Assembly (NCBI RefSeq): GCF_001194135.2
Contig: NC_068990.1
Coordinates: forward strand, 77,593,667 to 77,634,575
Origin: Octopus bimaculoides
Lineage: Eukaryota
Length of the DNA: 40,909 nucleotides
Reading direction: 5' to 3'
Both the position numbers and the translations under genes were made by a program. The notes under the pieces are model-generated. The model did no database searches. It saw only the letters and a list, made by a program, of their open reading frames with translations, and was not told where the DNA came from. Of the stretch, positions 34,964 to 40,909 are shown piece by piece. How positions within the stretch are numbered: position 1 is the first letter of the stretch; every line of letters begins with the position of its first letter.

Positions 34964-35931
34964 TTAGCAAATTTTTAAGCACAATAAAGAATTTATAAGT
35001 TTTCTTGGGTAAAATAATTCGAAGCTGTAATGTCTCTCCTTCTTTTTACAAACATCATAAACATCTTCAAGACACTTGATTGCCCGTTCTGCACTCTGAT
35101 TTGCTCTGCGAATTTCCAGTTGTGATGGTTCTCGACTCCAAAATATTTTTCCAGAGTTCAATGCTCTTTTTATGAACTTGTAGGCTATGCAGTTATGTGA
35201 ACGTCTGATAATCATGTGCGTTGAACATTTGCCCAGCTGTAAGAGATGAATCGACAAACATTCAGAAGCAAAATTCTTTTCTCTGGTAGAAGAATAAATG
35301 CCGAAAGAGCTAGTATTACTCGAGAATTCCATCTTGTATTATTAAGTTGGGTATTTTTGGAAACTTTACAGTAGGAAATTTGAGGGTTTCTTCAAAGAAA
35401 CGAAAAACTCTGGTCAAATGAAATAGAAATTTCATGTTATCTCGCCATCCTGCTTTTTCAGTAATCATTTCTTCACCATTGTTGAAATTAGCCTGGAGTT
35501 TCTCATAATTACTTAGAATCTCTGGGATGAATGTATATTCAATATTGGGAGATGACTTTTTTTTTTCTCCAAGTTCGTTATCCATTACAACACGATAAAC
35601 TCTATCAAGGATATGATGCTGACAGCCAATAAATTGCGGTTCTTTCAAACCTTTTTGAGCAAACAATCTTTGCAACTGAGTGACAATGTCATTTCTTTTT
35701 CCAGTGTTCAAACACATTGTATCAGTGACAATCATCGTTACACAGTTCCATAAATTGTATTCATCTAAAACAGCTGTTATTCCTTTCACAACCGCATCGG
35801 CTTTTCCGTTTGTTAATTGGAGTGCTTCTAACTTAAATTCTTTTTGTTCATTCTTTAAAACTAGCACTTGGTATTCTTGGTCGCCAATATATTTACCATC
35901 AAAATGCAATGACCAATTTTTTCTTAATTAA
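34964..35931 (-). mobile_element. hAT-superfamily-type (hATm-like) DDE transposase remnant, frameshifted
   Basis: Minus frames contain HFDGK (first D), VTDTMCLNTG (second D), the CxxH motif GCQHHILD, SRWNSRVILAL after a frameshift, and RANQSAERAIK (catalytic E region). Upstream part lost in a gap; no TIR identified. Subfamily name is from recall. Confidence 0.7.
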
Positions 35932-36873
35932 NNNNNNNNNNNNNNNNNNNNNNNNNNNNNNNNNNNNNNNNNNNNNNNNNNNNNNNNNNNNNNNNNNNNN
36001 NNNNNNNNNNNNNNNNNNNNNNNNNNNNNNNNNNNNNNNNNNNNNNNNNNNNNNNNNNNNNNNNNNNNNNNNNNNNNNNNNNNNNNNNNNNNNNNNNNNN
36101 NNNNNNNNNNNNNNNNNNNNNNNNNNNNNNNNNNNNNNNNTTCAAACGTTGACGATGATACTAGATATAATCAAGGATAAAATTTTTATAAGATTTTATA
36201 AAGTAGCCAGCATAAAACCATATAGGTAACAATTAATACGAAATATACAATCATATAAATATAATTATAGTTAGTAAGGGCACTAATGAGTAATGCCACA
36301 TGTTTATAATTATGTACATTGAATTGTACCATACTGATAACAATAAAGGGATTTACATCCCTAAACTGGAAATTGATCTATGGTTAAACCCTTTAAAAAA
36401 GTCTTTTTTGTTCACTACTCTCGCTTTCAGCCCGTGTCAATGTGGTAAGCAATGTAGTTCTTAGAGCCATTTGGCGTCTATTTCTATCATGTGACGCTAC
36501 TCATTAATGACCTTATAATTATATTTATATAATTATATATTTTGTAAGCATACTTGTATATACATACATTAAATGAAGAAAAATATTGAGAAAAATAAAT
36601 CCAAGCAAAAATGTCTCAATAAGCAATCTTCGTAAAAAAAACAAACAAAACCACTGGCTAACAGGATTTCCAGTCACGATTATAGTAACCCGTTTAGATT
36701 ATTAATTCCGTGTAACAGATGCAATAAGTAAATCCAAAGTTTATCACCAATTAGAAATTCTGGTGTCTTAATCACGGAGTAAGTCAGTAAAGGAATAAAG
36801 AATAAAGAATTGTATTCGTATGATACTTTACTCGCTAAGTCTCGTACGAATGTACTTCATTACACACACACCG

Positions 36874-36906
<33 letters not shown>

Positions 36907-36924
36907 CATACATATATATATATA

Positions 36925-37620
36925 AAGTGTAGTATATTGCCACTTAAGTGTGGCTGACCCCTNNNNNNNNNNNNNNNNNNNNNNNNNNNNNNNNNNNNNN
37001 NNNNNNNNNNNNNNNNNNNNNNNNNNNNNNNNNNNNNNNNNNNNNNNNNNNNNNNNNNNNNNNNNNNNNNNNNNNNNNNNNNNNNNNNNNNNNNNNNNNN
37101 NNNNNNNNNNNNNNNNNNNNNNNNNNNNNNNNNNNNNNNNNNNNNNNNNNNNNNNNNNNNNNNNNNNNNNNNNNNNNNNNNNNNNNNNNNNNNNNNNNNN
37201 NNNNNNNNNNNNNNNNNNNNNNNNNNNNNNNNNNNNNNNNNNNNNNNNNNNNNNNNNNNNNNNNNNNNNNNNNNNNNNNNNNNNNNNNNNNNNNNNNNNN
37301 NNNNNNNNNNNNNNNNNNNNNNNNNNNNNNNNNNNNNNNNNNAGGTGAAGAATTTCACTTGAAAAGAAGATATAAGATTGCCAGGTTTTTGTCTCTCTCA
37401 CCAAGGTCAGCGGCTATCGGACGCCGACGAAGGGAAATAACCCTGAAATCCGGATCCGTTCGTGCTGCAGATGTTGGTGAGAGGGATAACTACCCTTGGC
37501 AAACAGGACACAGTCGTGTGTCGATAAGCCAGCTGGAGGAGATGTCCTCCTGGGGCTAAAAGCAACAGTAACATCCATCCCTAGGGGTCAGCCACACTTA
37601 AGTGGCAATATACTACACTT
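36925..37620. mobile_element. Non-autonomous TIR element (MITE-like) with TA TSD, spanning a gap
   Basis: AAGTGTAGTATATTGCCACTTAAGTGTGGCTGACCCCT (36925-36962) is the perfect reverse complement of 37583-37620; TA at 36923-36924 and 37621-37622. Confidence 0.75.
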
Positions 37621-37661
37621 TATCGTGCAGTTACTGTTAATACTTCATTTAGAGAATTAAC

Positions 37662-37692
<31 letters not shown>

Positions 37693-38919
37693 CACAGATA
37701 TGACAGAAGTAAATAGACACCCATAAAAATCGTTTTACATATATCAAAGGTTAATATCTTTTATTATTTTACATTTTTATGTTACAGGTTCTATATGCGA
37801 CTGTTTAATCCTGCCACGGAGAAAAGGAGCCTTGGAAGTGTCCGAATTTCAAAGACGCTGTATTGTGGGTCAATCTCAAAGTGGATTTAGACAGCGTATA
37901 ATCGCAGAAGACCTTGAGAGCCCGCTTTCTAGAACTAATAGAGTGATTCTGCAATTCACCAGAGGCGTGGAGAAAGTCCACATCATCTCACCCAGGTCGA
38001 CCAGGGCCCTCTGACAGAACCCTTCGCCGTATTAAGAGAAATGTGGAGAGTAATCCTCATTTCAAGCCCTCTGACATGGCAGAACAATTTGGTTTCAGCC
38101 CCAGAACAGCTTTCGGGTATCTCCACAAATTTGGCGACCATGGCAGAGCAACAAGAAGGAAGCCACCTCTTCGATCAGCCGACCAGTGAGATGGTGGAGA
38201 GGCCACTAGCATTTTGGGACATAGTCATGTTCTCTGATGAGTCCAAATTTGCTGTATTTTCTGACAGTGGTCGAATGTGGGTCTGGAGACTATGTGATCA
38301 TAAACTTGACGTGAAGAAATTGCAGCTAACAATGAAACATGGCAGATATTGTTGATGGTCTGGGGAGCAGTTTGGAGCAATAGTCGATCATAGCTGGTGG
38401 AGTGTGATGGAAACATAAACTCAGATAAATATATGCCCATATTGCAGAAAGGACTCATTCCAATCTTCTCCAATGGGGAAATGATTAAGGCAGACTCTTT
38501 ATTTAAGGAAGACGGGGCTCCTTGTCACACGGCTAAAATGACACGAAATTGGCTGGAAGAGAATGACATTCAAAAGCTTCTATGGTCAAGCCATGGTCAC
38601 CAGATATGAACTTTAATGAACACCTCTGAGACATAATGAACAGGACACTTCATATGAAGAAAAAGAAGACATCCTCAAAGCTAGATATTTTGAGATTACT
38701 ACACGAAACGTGGCAAGAAATTCCTCAAGAGAATAATGGTCATCTGATGCGTAACATGCCTAATAGGGTCCTTGCATTGAAAAGTGCGAAGAGAATGTCT
38801 ACTAAATATTAGATATTTGCATTATGATAATTAATAAATAATTTAATTGCAGATTTAAATAAATGTTAATGATTATAAGTATGTCTAAAATATGTCTATT
38901 TACTTCTGTCATGTGTGTG
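37693..38919 (+). mobile_element. Full-length degenerate Tc1 (DD34E) DNA transposon, 1227 bp
   Basis: 28-bp TIRs CACAGATATGACAGAAGTAAATAGACAC and its partner (25/28 match) with TA on both sides. Transposase pseudogene ~37812-38811 with FSDESKF, VWGA, EDGAPCHT, SPDMN..EH and terminal TKY*; 34 residues between the second D and the E after frameshift correction. Confidence 0.93.
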
Positions 38920-38930
38920 TATATACATAT

Positions 38931-39021
<91 letters not shown>

Positions 39022-40101
39022 NNNNNNNNNNNNNNNNNNNNNNNNNNNNNNNNNNNNNNNNNNNNNNNNNNNNNNNNNNNNNNNNNNNNNNNNNNNNNNN
39101 NNNNNNNNNNNNNNNNNNNNNNNNNNNNNNNNNNNNNNNNNNNNNNNNNNNNNNNNNNNNNNNNNNNNNNNNNNNNNNNNNNNNNNNNNNNNNNNNNNNN
39201 NNNNNNNNNNNNNNNNNNNNNNNNNNNNNNNNNNNNNNNNNNNNNNNNNNNNNNNNNNNNNNNNNNNNNNNNNNNNNNNNNNNNNNNNNNNNNNNNNNNN
39301 NNNNNNNNNNNNNNNNNNNNNNNNNNNNNNNNNNNNNNNNNNNNNNNNNNNNNNNNNNNNNNNNNNNNNNNNNNNNNNNNNNNNNNNNNNNNNNNNNNNN
39401 NNNNNNNNNNNNNNNNNNNNNNNNNNNNNNNNNNNNNNNNNNNNNNNNNNNNNNNNNNNNNNNNNNNNNNNNNNNNNNNNNNNNNNNNNNNNNNNNNNNN
39501 NNNNNNNNNNNNNNNNNNNNNNNNNNNNNNNNNNNNNNNNNNNNNNNNNNNNNNNNNNNNNNNNNNNNNNNNNNNNNNNNNNNNNNNNNNNNNNNNNNNN
39601 NNNNNNNNNNNNNNNNNNNNNNNNNNNNNNNNNNNNNNNNNNNNNNNNNNNNNNNNNNNNNNNNNNNNNNNNNNNNNNNNNNNNNNNNNNNNNNNNNNNN
39701 NNNNNNNNNNNNNNNNNNNNNNNNNNNNNNNNNNNNNNNNNNNNNNNNNNNNNNNNNNNNNNNNNNNNNNNNNNNNNNNNNNNNNNNNNNNNNNNNNNNN
39801 NNNNNNNNNNNNNNNNNNNNNNNNNNNAAATAAATGATTTTAAGTAAAGCATGAAAAAAAATGTAGAAATCAAAGCCAAAAGAAAACGGCCAACCAATCA
39901 GAAAACAAGTAAAGAAGAACCATATTCTGCTAGCAATTGGAATAAATCAATGGAATCTTATAATAATTACTGATTCTAGAAATACAGAACCTTGATTACA
40001 AACACAGAACAAAGCTGCTAGAAAATCAATGGTATAATAGTCATCAGATACTCATATGAAGAGATAGAGGGAGACAGGAAGAGAAATAGGCAGATACAGA
40101 G

Positions 40102-40137
<36 letters not shown>

Positions 40138-40274
40138 GGAGACAGACAGATAGACAGGGTGAGAGAGAGAGAGAAAGAGAAAGAGAGAGAGAGAATGAGA
40201 TTTGGCGTTTCATGAGCAAATTTATTTGTTTGCAAGTATGTATGCATGTGTTTGAGGTTGTGCGTTTGCGTGTG

Positions 40275-40317
<43 letters not shown>

Positions 40318-40823
40318 GCGTGTGTGCGTATATGAGAGTATATATATATGTATGTATTTATGTATGTATGTATGTATTATGTATGCGTGTATGCGCGCGC
40401 GTGCCTAGCTCAGGTAAAGAAGGAGTATACTGACTAAATTACTGTCGTTGAATCTCCTAAATTGATTAAATTTGCTTTTTAGTTGTAGAACGAAAACAAA
40501 AATCTAGCGAAAATTCTTAGCAACTGTCAATAACAAGGGGACATAATTTCAAAAAATTTAGGACCTATTTTCATGAAAATATTAAATTTACATAATTTTA
40601 ATTTCCATGTTTCTTGGCAAATCTGATTATTTTTCAAACAGATCAGCTTGACAACAGTTACAAACATGTTTCAATCTCAGTGGACCGCTTCAGCTGAAAT
40701 TTACGAATTACTAGCCACAAAGTAGTTTTTATAAGTAAAAGAGGGAAATAACATAAATTAAGGGGAGTAATTTAGACGAGTAACGTCTGGATTTATATAT
40801 TGAATGATATATGCAAGATGTCT

Positions 40824-40840
40824 CTATCTATCTATCTATA

Positions 40841-40897
<57 letters not shown>

Positions 40898-40909
40898 ATC
40901 TATCTATCT
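40824..40909. repeat. (TATC)n array at the window end
   Basis: Direct observation. Confidence 0.9.

Noticed and set aside
37490-37585. Possible HDV-like ribozyme in the TIR element interior (TCCTCC...GGGGCT...TAACATCC)
   Set aside because: I could not build a consistent nested double pseudoknot or find the catalytic C in a J4/2 position.

Overview
Eukaryotic, AT-rich, microsatellite-dense, largely non-coding DNA with 14 N-gaps (about 5.7 kb), most flanked by simple repeats as expected for a short-read assembly. The repeat complement (several tRNA-derived SINE families plus (AT)n, (CA)n, (ATAG)n and (AAT)n arrays) resembles an octopus/cephalopod genome; this is an inference from recalled repeat sequences, not a database result. 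I can support no intact host protein-coding gene, and most ORF-track entries are microsatellite or gap artefacts. Supported content: many SINE copies, some with TSDs; a degenerate full-length Tc1 (DD34E) element with TIRs and TA TSD; an internally deleted maT/DD37D-like mariner; a hAT-type transposase remnant; a TIR-bounded non-autonomous element; a C-terminal fragment of an R4/Dong-like restriction-endonuclease LINE abutting (TAA)n; and an RTE 3' remnant. The best signal is a ~530-bp foldback at 1779-2311 carrying two head-to-head type-I hammerhead-ribozyme motifs of the Penelope type with an unusually long stem II. A more degenerate hammerhead-like foldback lies at 6123-6243. Other leads are a tRNA-like cassette inside an inverted repeat, a pre-miRNA-sized hairpin formed at a SINE head, an inverted duplicate of a splice-site-bounded mini-exon, an ETS/CRE motif cluster and a 2x2 set of SINE head/tail combinations. 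All alignments and folds were done by eye.
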